The notes beneath the pieces are model-generated. The model was not told where the DNA came from. It worked only from the letters and a program-made list of their open reading frames with translations, and made no database searches. Made by a program: the position numbers and the translations under genes. From Selaginella moellendorffii (Eukaryota > Plantae > Lycopodiophyta), in contig NW_003314295.1 in the NCBI RefSeq assembly GCF_000143415.4, positions 747,038 to 811,037 of the forward strand: a stretch of 64,000 bases of DNA, read 5' to 3'. This document shows positions 1 to 12,465 of the stretch, piece after piece; positions within the stretch are counted from its first letter, which is position 1; each line of letters begins with the position of its first letter.

Positions 1-1650
1 AAAGGGTCCCCACGGGGGGTGGCATGACCAGCGGTCTGGCGTATATCTCTATCTCGGCACGCCAGGTTACGCAGATGGCTTCATCTTCAACAGGCAGATA
101 TACGGCGCAAACCTCAGGAGAGGTGGCGAGCGCTCGTCTTGTCCGAGTTGCCGCTCTACAAGCCGCTGGTGGAGCTCCTGGGACCGCTCTACCTTGAGAG
201 CGTGTGGCGGCGCCCGAGCATAAAGCTCATGCTCGGGAAAGTGGTGATCAAGTCTCATCTTCCGCCGCTTCACACGCTGCTGCCGGGGGCCTGGAGCTTC
301 CAGGACGGGTTTACGTGCGCCATGGCTCCCCGTCCAACTGATCGGTTCCACAGCACAACACGGAATTTCGAGGGGCTCTTGGAGCACTCTGGGAGCTGAG
401 CCGCTGCTGGTGATCGCCTTCCCAGTGCTGCGAGGCTGTTGGGCTGATCAGCTTGATCGCGGCTCTGCCATGTCGGCCGTACTACAGGATCCACGATCCG
501 GGCTTCGCTGCACGGAGGAGCCGATGATCCTCGGCATCAGCAACGTTTTCTTCTTGAAGGCACTCAAGATGTTTCCTCACGTCCTCTCGGTGGGAGCCTT
601 GGACAGGAAGAAGGTGGCACGCAAAGCAACGTCTCAGGGTCGTCTCCAAAAGCAGACACAGCTCGTGAGGCGGCTCTATCCAGCTAGAAGGACCTCTGTG
701 CCTGGTGGGAACACAGGGAAGCGCTGTGGACGACGCACAGCCCCGCGACCAAGGGAGATGTCCACAGGCTCTTTGCATCGAAGAAAGAATCGACTTCGGT
801 CAACAATGATGCCTTGAGGTGGCATTTCCTGGAGCTCACCACAAACTTTCTGGCTGCATTTGGTCCTTCCCCAGGAAGGAATGTCGCCGTTCTTGGGGCC
901 ACCGCCACTTCCACCCTTTGATGCGTCGGCGTTCCTAAGCTGTTGCCGAGCCCGAGCAATGGAAGTCGTCATTCAACGCTGTGGAGAGACAAAGAAACAA
1001 TCGCAGGACGACAATTCGGACCAACCATCTTTGGATTGTTGTAGTGCATCCGACTTTAACAAAATTCACAATGCATGCAGCAGCGCTTTCCAAAAAGCTG
1101 CACAATTCTACAGGGAATAAAACAACTACGCTAGCAAGTCTATTACCGAAAAAGCAAGCCACATTCGTGAAACAGCGTGTGCCAGAATCCGAGTGTAAGG
1201 GGTCGGATATGTGCAACGTATCATTGGCAGCCGTGTAGCGCGTGAACCACGTGCAGTTGTGTGTTCCGAGAGAACCATAGCGGATGCGATTGCGGAGTAC
1301 ATATCCTGCAAATTACAAAATTGTCCAGGGAAAGACATGTCACTTGTACCTGTTACTTGCGCCAGGGCCTCGAGTAAATGTCGATCCATTGGCCGCTTCT
1401 TCTTGTAGACCTCCACAATGTCTCTGGAACGTTACCTGGAAGTTTGTAATCGCCCGCAGCATACGTTACAACTCGGTCATCGGTCGTTAGGAATCCCTGA
1501 AAGGAAAATAATAAATATAAGCTTGAAAACATTAAAAAAAAAACAAGAAATACCTTCACAGCCAACAAGAGCAAGGACTACATCACGTAAGAGTGCCTCC
1601 TCGGGAATTTACATCACAGCCAGCAAGCATGAAATCTACAACACACCCTA
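1..1650 (+). pseudogene. Degenerate coding-like sequence of unknown family (frameshifted/stop-interrupted ORF pieces)
   Basis: Successive protein-like ORF pieces in different frames (139-399, 410-817, 860-1120 continuing past stops into 1211-1408); no recognisable motif. Confidence 0.25.
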
Positions 1651-1661
1651 GATTAGGTCTT

Positions 1662-3084
1662 ATGGCGTCGGGCAACAGCAAAAAGGGCACTTTGTTGCTA
1701 TGGAATTATAGTCCGCCGCCTGAGCCCGTGATTCATCTGAATCAGCTTGCTGGGATCCTTGTGCCGCGCTGCTCGCCTGCCTATATGAGGCTGCCACTGT
1801 TGGAATTCATTTGTCCCGTTGACGATAGCTTTGTGGTGGTGGATTGGCCAGGATTCAAGACAGGTTTCCAAGCATGGTGGGCATCTCACTGCACTGATCC
1901 TGCGAAGGTGGAATCTGTAGCAGTGTACAGGCAGGAGTTGCAATACACATTTTCAAAGGACATTGAGATGGTTTTGCAAATTGTTATTTATCCTTTCCTC
2001 GCGAAAGGAGAAAGGTTTTTGAAACCTTTAATCGGGTATCAATTTCTAATTCTTTAGGTAAGTGATTGTTGATATGTGATAAACATCTAAACCTTTAAGT
2101 TTTCATTTTTGCTGGACAGTTGTTTCATTCAATGGGGTGGCTTACTTATCGCTACCAGTCTTGCTCATTAGTGTCACAAGCAAGGGCGACCAGAGCATGT
2201 ACTCGTTCGCCAGGTTCTGGGCATATATGCTCCTCAACAGTGTTGCCTTTGGTGTGATGGCATTTGATGACGATCGGCTGGCATTGTGCATGCGAGACAG
2301 TATACAGCTCAGGGCTTATATTACTTCTCGAGAGGATGCAGCAACGCTGTTCAAGCTGGGGTATCTCATCAACCTTGCTAGGAACAACAATCCTGCACTC
2401 GCAGAAGCTCAAGAAGCTGCGATACTGTGGAAGCCAGTTCGTGTTTCTCGTCTGTATGAGCAGAAGCACTTGTTCATAGAGCTGGCCAAGAAGATGGGAC
2501 TGACAGCCATAGCTACTACCGAGTTAGAGTGTTTGGACGTGAGCAGCTTGCAAGGGATGGTACGACTTCACTCTTCCTCATCCTGCGTGGTTCGAGCGGC
2601 TTGGAAGGGCAAGCAGGTGGTGCTCAAGATGAGGGACCTGTCCCTGTCCGATCGCTGGTCCGAGGTGCTGATCAAGACGATCTGGGAAGGGGAAGTTTAC
2701 ATGAGACTGAACTCTCTCCAAGGTCAGTGCATCCCAACGCTCTACTCCGTGGGCTTTCTGCACGGGGGGATGTTCTCCTTCCTCATGATGTCCGACGCTA
2801 GAGTTGGGGACATGCTGCTCCCGCATCCTACGTGCCCGCCAGAAGCTGCGCTAGCTGTAGCGCAGGGATGCAGGGAAGCTGTGAGTGATATGCATGGCAT
2901 GGGGATTCTCCATGGGGACTTAGCGTTTAGCAACATGGCCGTCTCGCAGAGGCCCGGTGGAGGCTACGTTGGCATGCTGGTGGGATTCTCACAAGCCAGG
3001 TTTGCTGAAGAGAGTCTACTGGCCAAGGAGTGGCTTCATCTGGAGAGATTGCTCAATTTAGTACAAGTGATCCGTAGGAGTTAA
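1662..3084 (+). CDS. Atypical (fungal-type/Bud32-RIO-like) protein kinase-like protein, probably a pseudokinase or decaying gene
   Basis: ORF 2137-3084 has VVLKM, EGEVYMRLNSLQGQCIPTLY and catalytic loop HGDLAFSN, but LVGFS at the DFG position. Upstream ORF from ATG 1662 ends in a stop at 2057 next to a GTAAGT donor, so the join is uncertain. Confidence 0.6.
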
Positions 3085-3867
3085 GCGGTATGTACTGCTT
3101 TTAGCAGCGAGATGGCTATAATGTTTCCTTTCAATCTATTGCAAATCCCTCGATAAGTTATGGACACCAGTCTCTTAGTTGGAACATATTTCCCTTTCAC
3201 TCTTTACTGTAGAACGCACGAGAAGAGTAGCATCGATTACCAGCGTCAAAAGATCTCTGAGGCAAGTACTTCACATTTTCCTGCAAAGGTCGATAGTTTC
3301 TCATAGTTTTCCCGTGGAAAGAAAGAAAGACTTGGAAGCGTTTCTTCGTAGACCCACCTCATCCAATGAAGGGACTCCGTCGACACGAACTTTACCATCC
3401 TAAAGCGATGAGCTTGGCAGCCCAATTCCCAACCGCAACCTGATCTCTCACAGAAGTAGCCATGGACGCCACAGGATAAAAATCTTTCCGTACCAATCAA
3501 TGGCGAAACCACAAGAACAATTTCTGGCTTTGCAGAGAGATTCTCCAGCACCCGGTCATGCAAAACACAGTGACTCACCTGCTAGAACGGCCTCGATCGA
3601 GTACTCCTCTAAACCCAAATAGCTCGTCCCATGAGCAAAGAAAGAGTTGCTCGCCGAGCGATTCAAGCTCTGGACTTGGTCTCGCCCTTTTCTTCACCCT
3701 TGCTGACCGAAGTATTCCCGGTTATCGCACTACACCTTTTCGACCGGCGACTCCGGATTTCTCCTCGGTTCTTCATGAACACGCAGAATCCACACGAGCG
3801 CGCGGAATCTCTTTTCTGAAACCACGAAAACCTTCCCTCCAAGTTTTTAAAATCCAAGATCTGGCAC

Positions 3868-3950
3868 GGTTCGATCCTGCGGCCTTGCGATTAAAATAAT
3901 TTGCTAAACGTGTTGGTTTCGAACCTGCGACCTTGGCTTGTTTAGCACCA
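3868..3950 (-). other. Two tandem tRNA-like 3' half remnants (pseudo-tRNA/SINE-like)
   Basis: Minus strand reads tggtgctaaacaagccaaggtcgcaggttcgaaacc (tRNA-Ile-like anticodon arm plus B-box), then caaggccgcaggatcgaacc; no D-arm or acceptor stem seen. Confidence 0.4.
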
Positions 3951-4039
3951 AGAAAATGCCGGCATGGCATCGCGTCCTGGAGTGAGCATGTGGCAGCCAG
4001 CACAAGGAACCCAACACAGATGTATGGACATAAGGGCTG

Positions 4040-4215
4040 GTAACATTCCATCTCATATTGAAAGGATCCTTGGAAATCAGTATGTAACTGCTGCAAAGAT
4101 GTTACTACAGGTATAAAGTTGCTTTTCTATCAGAATAGCGATCTCCATAGATATACCCATGTAGGTTCGTGAAGCTACAAGCAGTGGAGCTTCCCTGGGG
4201 TGATATCGCGTCGAG
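4040..4215 (+). pseudogene. Collapsed fragment of histidinol dehydrogenase gene
   Basis: Encodes GNQYVTAAKMLLQ, a short intron and NS..ISID; colinear with 6560-6985 but with large internal deletions. Confidence 0.75.
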
Positions 4216-4344
4216 CACCATAATAATAGCAGAATTTCTAGGGTAAAAATTGTTTTCAAAACTTCTCTCACTTGGTAAAGGGATATCCTTCTTCGAATCG
4301 TGGAGTGAAGCTGGCTCAAGTATATAGATTTTAGTAGACTTTGA

Positions 4345-5330
4345 TTATGAATATCTGGGCGAGCGGGTATTCGCTGGGAGCGACTGGATCGGCAGCGGCG
4401 TCGGGGGCTTCTTCGGGTAGGGAATCGAACTCAGGAGAAACGGGTTTGCAGTTATAAATTGCCCAACACGGTTAATAGGCTGAATCCGGTTGGTCCTCCA
4501 ATTCTTTGTTTGTTGGTCATAAAAAGCCAGAAATTCATGGTGCATAACCAGAATTGTGTTCTCGTAAACAATGCATATAGGTTCCTCACTACCAGGCCAA
4601 GGATAAGCACCTTCCTCCACAAATCCTTTAGTAGGATCCATCCTCAACAAGTAACAGTTTGAATTGTTTGCAGTTGCCACAAAGAAGGATTTTGCTGTCA
4701 CCACAAAGATATCACCTGTGAAAATCACAAATCCAGCACCATTTATTCTAGGTCCACCATCAAATTGAGGATGGTTAAATGATGTCACTTGTCAGGATAA
4801 ACTGCAATCTTCCATCTTTAGGGAATAACCTTCTACCCTTTTACAGTTAGATTGTTGTCCCTGACAATTGCAGGAGAGTAATATAAGCCAGACCAGCCAA
4901 GAGGCAGAGCAACCTTGTTCCACAATCCTGTTTTTCCTGAATCATATACATACATAACAGCTTTCATTATTATACAGATCCAGTAGCACTTTCCAGACAA
5001 GTCCACCCCCATTGCACACTCTGGTTCCCTTTCCAAGAAAAGTGCTGGGAGAATTTTCTAGAGAGGATTCCATACTATAAGATCTTTCCCTTTCATCCCA
5101 AGTAACAACCCACTGCTAGCATTTAGAACATCATGCTCCATGGCAACCCAGCTTGCTTCTTGTCCCACAAAGGGGTAAAGAAACCTTTGGCCATATACTC
5201 TAGACCCCAAACATGAGGAGGACTACGATTCAAGTGGTGTGTGTAGTGAAGAGCTGGTGTCTCTATGAGATCCTTCCATGCCTTGCACACGGCTCTCTGT
5301 AAAACAGCTGCTGGCAGGCGCTTGAGCACT
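4345..5330 (-). pseudogene. F-box protein pseudogene
   Basis: LKRLP...RAVCKAWKDLI F-box motif, then GLLLLGMKGKDLIVWNPL; split over frameshifted ORFs 5123-5329, 4833-5036 and 4345-4788. Confidence 0.75.
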
Positions 5331-5411
5331 CCTCAAGTGGTATTCTAGTTTATTTTAGTTACTAGTCTTAAGGGTTCTATAACGAAAAACCCTAAAGAAG
5401 GTTCAGCAGCG

Positions 5412-7417
5412 ATGAAGGCCGCTACTCATCCGTCCATGACGCTGATCGAGAATGCGAGGTGCGCGAGGAGAGCGCCAGTAGCAGCGGCAAAGATCGCTCT
5501 CCACATTCCTGGAATTTGAGCCTGAAATTCTCAGCTGTGGAGAACCAGCAGCTCCGATTGCGCACTTACAAGCTATCCGAGCTGAGCGACAGCGATATGA
5601 AAGGCCTGGCAGCGCGTCCCAGGATTGATATCTCCTCCATTTTAAAAACAGTGAGGAAGAAACAGTGAGGGGTGGAACCAATTGTCGAAGATGTGAGATT
5701 TTCTGGCGATGAAGCGGTGATCAAGTAAGCATTCGTTTTTCCTCTCTTCTCTTTGCTCGTGCCTTTAATATCTTCCCGCTGGCGAGCTTTCCAGGTACAC
5801 CAAGAAATTCGATGGAGTGGAGCTTGACAACATTGTCGAAAGGGTGTCCGACCTTCCAGATCCAAAGGTAAAACTTTTCGATCTATCTTTCTCCAAAGCC
5901 ACAAAGAATGATCTCATTCACGTATTGGCAGCTCGATCCAGATGTCCAAGCTACATTTGATGTGGCCTTCGACAACATCTACAAATTCCATCTAGCACAG
6001 CGAAAGACTCAACAGCTTGAAGTAGAAACCATGCCCGTCAGTGCTCTATCCGAGTCTGGTAACTTGGAGCTTGTGTGATAAATGCTAACTCCTTGGCTGT
6101 TTTACCACCCAGGGAGTTAAATGCCGGCGAGTTGCGAGGAGTATCGACGCCGTCGGACTTTACGTCCCTGGTGGAACGGCTGTTCTTCCATCAACAGCGC
6201 TCATGCTAGCAGTGGTACGTCATGTCTTTCACTGATCTTTCTTAAAGCTGCAAGATTAATAGCCGGATGTGAGACGATTGTTCTTGCGACTCCACCAGTC
6301 GGACGGTTCAATATGTCCGGTACGTTTGTTTTCCTCGAAAAGTTGTCAAGCTTAGTGGAGCAAGCAGGAAGTTTTATATTGTGCTAAGAAAGCTGGAGCT
6401 ACTCACATCCTAAAAGCTGGAGGAGCACAGGTACTCCACTCTTCATGCTCTTTTGTTACGTGTTCTCATCTTTGGAACTGTTTAGGCTGTAGCTGCCATG
6501 GCATGGGGCACTAATCCCTTTCCAAAAGTAAGAATTTGTTGTTGAAGCTTCCGTGATTGACATTCCATCTCCATATTGCCACAGGTCGACAAGATCCTAG
6601 GCCCTGGAAATGAGTATGTAACTGCTGCGAAGATGTTGCTGCAGGTACGAAGTTGCATATTTTTCCTTCTTAGTTTACCGTTTTTTCAAGCTTTTCTATC
6701 CTACAGAATAGCGAGTCTATGAATATGCCTGCTGGTCCCTCGGAAGTCCTTGTCATCGCGGATAGAAACGCGAATGCGATCCATGTAGCTGCGGATCTCT
6801 TATCCCAGGTTCGTCAAGCTTTAGCTTTGTTTTTTGCTTAGAAACGCTTTGTGTACTTACAGGCGGAGCACGGCCCGGGCAGCCAAGTGGTTCTCGTGGC
6901 TGTCGGCAGCGTCGACTTAGAGGCCATCGACGAGCAAGTTTACAAGCAGCGCCAGGAGCTTCCCCGGGGAGATATCGCGTCGGTCGCGCTGGGTCACAGC
7001 TTCATCGTCGTTGCTCCAGGCATGGCAGAGGTCAGTCAGTCAGTCCTTTACGCGATCGTAGAAAACTAGATAAGAGTTTTCATTCATTCCTTTGGTTCTT
7101 CCAGGCTTGCAAGTTCTCCAATGTCTACGCGCCGGAGCATCTCATTGTCAACGCCGAGGACGCTGAGGCTTGGCTGGATCACATAAAAAACGCAGGTTTG
7201 CATAGCACATTCTTCGCGATTGAGTGGAAGTCTTTCTCTTCGCAGGGTCTGTGTTCTTGGGAAGATGGACGCCCGAGAGCGTTGGCGACTACGCGAGTGG
7301 AACAAACCACGTCCTCCCGACGTACGGCTACGCTGCGGTGTGTCGCTGGACTCGTTCGTCTGGCGAAGATGGCCGAGGTCGAAGGCCTGGACGGCTGTGA
7401 CGCTGCGCTTGGCGTGA
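5412..7417 (+). pseudogene. HISN8: Histidinol dehydrogenase (HisD), intron-containing pseudogene
   Basis: Exons encode [81 protein letters not shown] and [18 protein letters not shown] 3-codon deletion precedes MPAGPSE, and frameshifting deletions at 7330-7400 remove the His of the EGLxxH motif. Confidence 0.92.
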
Positions 7418-7492
7418 TCCATTCGATCTATACATCCATCGTCCTGCAAACAATCCTTTTGGCGCTAGGTTTTAGGGTTCTTGGAGGGGGCT

Positions 7493-7955
7493 ATGTCGTT
7501 CCCACTGTTTAGTTTCCAGCCATCCTTCCCGTCCCCATTCGCAGCTAGCAGCACGCCATCGCCATTCGCTCCTCCAGCTGCGTCCTCGTCGCCATTTGCC
7601 AGTGCTCCATCGCCATTTGCGTCGACGCCGCCCGCGTCCTCGCCATTCTCTCCTGCGCCATCGTCTTCACCATTCCCGTCGATTCTGGGAAGCGCATCCA
7701 CACAAGGCTTTAACTCGACGTCTTCGACTAACTCTACAAACACCATCTCTGTTCACAACACCCTCTATCGTTTTTCTTTCCTTTCTGTGATTCTGGTGTT
7801 CCAGGCACCAGAGGCTTGTTCGGACGAAGTTCGTGACTTCGGTTTCGCTAGCGTAAAACAGAGATAACTCACCGACGGTGCCACACCGGAAGAAGTCGAA
7901 GATAGAAATCTTATTTGGGCCGCGGTATACCATTGTCGAATTTTTGCTGGAGGTA
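7493..7955 (+). pseudogene. Low-complexity SPF-repeat N-terminus (possibly nucleoporin-like), probably a gene remnant
   Basis: Telo-box-like tagggtt just upstream of ATG 7493; MSFPLFSFQPSFPSPFAASSTPSPFA...; downstream exons not resolvable. Confidence 0.3.
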
Positions 7956-8114
7956 ACTTAAACTTTTGTGTGGACTTTGCGTGGTTGGCGATCTTTCGAA
8001 GATTTGCAAGCCTCGCGTGTGTTTCTTGTCGCAAGCTAGAGAAACCATGTCACCAAAGTTCATGAAATATTTTTCCTTTATACACTTTTTTTGTCTCTTC
8101 AATTTTTGTGGTCG

Positions 8115-8825
8115 ATGATATGCCTGTCCGCGAGCACAGCATCCTTTCGGGTAACCAGCAAGTTCATTAGATAAGAGAAGAGAGGAGGCTGCTCTCCTTT
8201 TTTTCTTTACCTTTCCTGTGTGTCGATCAATCACTCCTTCCAGAGGCTTGATCTCTTTACGTAGCGGAGGTGGAAGTGGAAGTCCCAGCAACTTGGTGGT
8301 GGAGAAACTAGCTGGAATGGAAACGGAGCTTGGGTCGAACCGCACAGCCAATCTTCCCTGCTCCAAATCTTCCACCAAGCACGCGCTACCTCCTCCACCA
8401 TCGGCGTTGTAAGCGAAATGTGGATACCAGGCAATCCCAAGCTTGCATCCACTGAGAGTTTCCAGCTTCACGGATTTGGCTGCGCTGCTCGCCGGGGATA
8501 GCTGCGCCGGAGAAGAAACACTGGCACCATCCGAGAGGCTCGACCGAGCTCGCAACGCCTCTCCCTTGTAGGTGGAGCTTAGATTCATCGCGGAGTTTTT
8601 CTTCACCGCAGGTCCAGTGTATAGAGCTCCAGCTCTTGTCGTGGATACGCTCCTCACGACGGGAAGTTCCAGTGGGGAGCACGGGAGCGGCCAGGGATTC
8701 GCCATGGATGAGAATGGGAGCTGCAAGCTCGTAGGCACTGCAGTCATCGACAAAGTGAGCGATGGGTTCCTCGATGCGTTTCTGGCGCTCCCGAGTGGCG
8801 CCTTGCTGAAATGTACGCACGGATA
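8115..8825. pseudogene. Conserved plant plastid-type uncharacterised protein gene, split by an internal inversion
   Basis: N-terminal exon CKLGIAWYPHFAYNADGGGG...LLGLPLPP...IDRHTGK on minus (about 8556 to 8211, GT donor at 8210); C-terminal exon VELRFIAEFFFTAGPVYRAPALVVDTLLTT...CKLVGTA...FLALP on plus from 8572 after an AG acceptor. Confidence 0.75.
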
Positions 8826-8859
8826 TGATCTTAGAAAAACGTACCAGTTGGTCGAAAGC

Positions 8860-11146
8860 TTATATGGTGACGACTATCTGCTTCTCTTCCGGCTCTGGTA
8901 TATCGTCTCGCTGCTGCTGCTGGTCCTCCTTTGCATGATCTGATGCTCCATCTCCGAGGTTCTTGTTCTGGAGAGCGACGAAATCCTGCTTCAGTTTGCT
9001 AATCTGCTCCAGAGCAGCCTCCAGCTTGTTCTCAATCTTTTGTTTGTTCTTCATCAGCGATTCTATCATTTCTTGGTTGTTGACCTCGATCTCCGACGCG
9101 CAGGAATGCCTTGCTGATGTCGGCACTGGCTTGTTGACGAACTCCACAACTTTGAGGTCACTTGGAAGAAAAGGACGCTGTTGTTGCTGTGGTCGTTGCA
9201 TGGCTTCCTCCGTTTGTGGAGGCTGAAGTTTCCTGTAATAGCAGAGAAGTTATTGAGGCGCGAAAAGAAAGAGAGAAATGAAAAACTTACGACAGCTGAA
9301 GCTGGACGGGACGAGTTCCTTTCTGGGTGGCGAATCTTTCTTCGCGGGGCTTTACCGCTGATCAAGCGGCTCCAGAAGGTGCGTAGTCGAGATGCCTTTT
9401 CAATCTTGAAACCTGTTTGGAGCTGGAAGTATAGTGGCAAGTAAACACCAGAAAGTTTCAAGACTTGAAGTTACCAGATTGCTGTGCCGAAAGACGTGTC
9501 CACCATAAGTTATTAGAAAGTTCAGTCCACGATGCTAAGCGCTCACAATGCTAATTCCCTGACAATCCAGAGTCAAGCTTGCAAAACCAGAAAACATATC
9601 GTACATCGTTTGCCAAGGGCGAGTTTGGTGAAACAGTCATAATAACAGCCCACGTTTGGGTCGGGAGAGTTCCAATAATTTCTGCAAAGCCCAAAGTTTA
9701 GATGCGATTTGCCAAGAAAAATCTGCATTTACCTTTATCGCTGTATTCTCCTCCTACAATGTACCACCTGTGGCCAACAATTACACTCGCATGACCAGCA
9801 CGAGGAACGACGTTGCCTCTCGGCTTCGTTGCAACCCATTCCATCTATAGATTTTGAAGATCAGAGCATGAAGAAACAGGACAACGGACTTACCGCACGT
9901 AGATCTAGCTAAGATAAGAAGTTCTTGATTTCCACCAAAAATCCACAGGTAACGCCCGCCGTAGCATGCAGCAGTATGACATTTCCTTGGACAAGGCTTT
10001 GAGCCACTGCATCAAGGAAACACAAGGGTCAGTGAGTGGTAGGAAGAGACAATGGAAAGCTGTACATGGTGCTGCAAGGAAGCCATGAAAACGTTTTGAG
10101 ATCCAGATTGAATATCATTTCTCAGCTGGCCTCTGGCATCCTCGCCACCAAACATAATCGGCATGGAACCAACATGAACGATGCTGTGGCCGATGCGAGC
10201 CATCTGCAAGGTGATAAACCGTTAGTCATTCTGGACAAATGTTAAGGAGCACATACCGGTATTTCTCCACCCACGTCAAGCTTTCGTGTTTCCAGTTCAA
10301 AAGCAATGACTGCAGGTTTGAGCGCTTGGTTAAATTGTTTATAGAACTACTGCTAGCAAACCTTCCAAGATCTTCTTCATCGGTTCTAATGGCCTCCAAG
10401 AACAAGCAGCTTCTTCTCCCAGAACACCTGCAAAAAATGCTCGTAAAAACAAAAGGTATAGTTCGAGACTGACACTACCAAGCTATGGCCGGCACAATGA
10501 GGGCCAGGATACCCCAGTTCCGGAACCCATAAACTCCATTCCCTCCATTCACCCGTAACCGTATTTAGTTCCTGTTAAGTAGAGGATTAATTTGAGCAAT
10601 AGAAACACTTGATTGGTACCTGGACGTCGTTTAACAAGCTCCAGAAAATGCCACCCACAACGAACATTCTTCGACCTACCATTGCCGCATGCTACAGAAA
10701 ATACGCCAGAAAAACTAAGCAACAGCACAAGATAGAAAAATCACACCTTGGAACGACATATCGGTGACTGTCCTGTTACTTGAAGTTTGTACCATGAGTG
10801 CTCATATTTAATCATGTCAAGGGACTTGATAAACAGGTTTTCTTCGTCTAAGGCAGCATGGTGCTTCCGGTACTAGTAATTTGTAAGATCAGTATCAACT
10901 AAAAGAGGAAAAAAAAAATGAAAAGAAATGAGAGAGCACCTTATAGGTAAACCATGGTACGCAGTGCACTTGACTGTAGTGCTTGCATCGGCAGCTGCAG
11001 TGAGACGGAGTTGGACTGGCACCGCTGCTACCAGTGACAAACTGGCAAACACTATCATCACTTCTCCGTGGCAAGGCCCAAGGAGCTTCCGGGATGAGAT
11101 CCAAGGGACTGCCCGGTGCACCATAATACAGATCAGTGTTGCTCAT
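8860..11146 (-). pseudogene. Kelch-repeat protein (ACBP4/5-like kelch domain plus C-terminal coiled coil), pseudogene
   Basis: Kelch blades ARIGHSIVHVGSMPIMFGGED, PRAGHASVIVGHRWYIVGG and HAAMVGRRMFVVGG; coiled-coil ORF 8860-9201; in-frame stops and frameshifts. Confidence 0.75.
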
Positions 11147-11309
11147 AGCTGCGGGTGATGAATCTTGCAGCTTGATACTGCTTCAAATGAAAACCAATGC
11201 CAGGCACGTGATGTATTTGAATGGAGACAGTTTCTGACGACGTCCACAAGGCTGGAAAAATGAACGGCCGGTGAGCCTTTCAAAGCATTTCAATGTGCTG
11301 ATCCTAACC

Positions 11310-12460
11310 AATTTAGAAATATTACATATGTCAATCGAAAATTTTTAAAATAAAGAAAATATATAAAATATCAAAGAAAATTAACTGTTACTGTATAATA
11401 TTGCAAATTATTATATAATTTTTAAGATTTTTCCTTAATAAGAACAGATAAATACTTTGTAAAAGAAATTACTTTATAATCAAGAATGAAAAATATTTAT
11501 CATAAGATTTTTTATTTCTCACACAAGTGTTATATGTCTTAAGAAACAGAGAATATATTTAATTTATATAATTATTTAATAAAGCTACTTTTTAATAAAA
11601 GAAACTAGATACTCACAATACCTCTATAATATTTTCTCAAAAATATTATTTTAGTTTATTTTGCTATTTACAGTTTCAAAATTAAATCTTTGTTTCAAAA
11701 TTTTAAACATTTTAATATTCATGGTTATCAAAGGAAACATTACTTCTTCTTGAAATTATTTTTTATTTACCCTTTGTTCATCATATTGAAAAAGCTAATT
11801 ATTTTTGCAAATAAAATTATTTTCATGAAATAAAAAATAGCATTAATTATTTTTCTGTTTTATTTTGCAGATCAGCACTTCCAAGTGTGATATACTTGAA
11901 AATTAGTCATATATTAAAACATGGGACATTTGGTATCTTTTTCTTTTTATTAAGCTTTGTTATGCTTGCAATTTTTAATTTCAGAATTTCAAACTTCCAA
12001 GTATATTGAATTTTTTAAGACTTTGTATTTGAACTTTAGCAGGTAATACTTTCCCTTGTTTTTTGATAAACATAATTTATTTTTGCATAACTGATTACAA
12101 TTTTAGGATTTACCACAATTTTTGAAGTGTTGTCATTTTTTTAATGTTATACTCCTTTTTAAAACATTTTTTATAAATTTTTGATTTGTAAATTTTAAGA
12201 AAATTTTGTATTACATATAAAATATTTTACAAATATTGTCATCACCCTTGCTTTTATAGTTACTTATATATTTCTAGTCAATTTTAACTATATTTAATCA
12301 ACTCTTTTACTATCAATTTTACTAAATTTTATATATAGATTTTATATAAAGTTTTTCTAAAGTAATTAGATTTTTAAATTTTAGTTTGAAAGAGTTTTTA
12401 GTTTGTGTTTTTAAAGTAAATTATTTTACTTGAACATTTGTTTAATCTTAAATATTCAAT
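11310..12460. other. Very AT-rich non-coding block
   Basis: No ORFs, poly-A/T rich, abrupt compositional contrast with both flanks. Confidence 0.7.
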
Positions 12461-12465
12461 TAAGA

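Noticed and set aside
7465-7746. Acidic GANGDG-repeat ORF on minus
   Set aside because: Mirror of the plus-strand SPF repeat, which has the telo-box and ATG
7911-8753. 280-aa ORF as an intact gene
   Set aside because: Composite of antisense exon 2, inverted exon 1 and intron read-through
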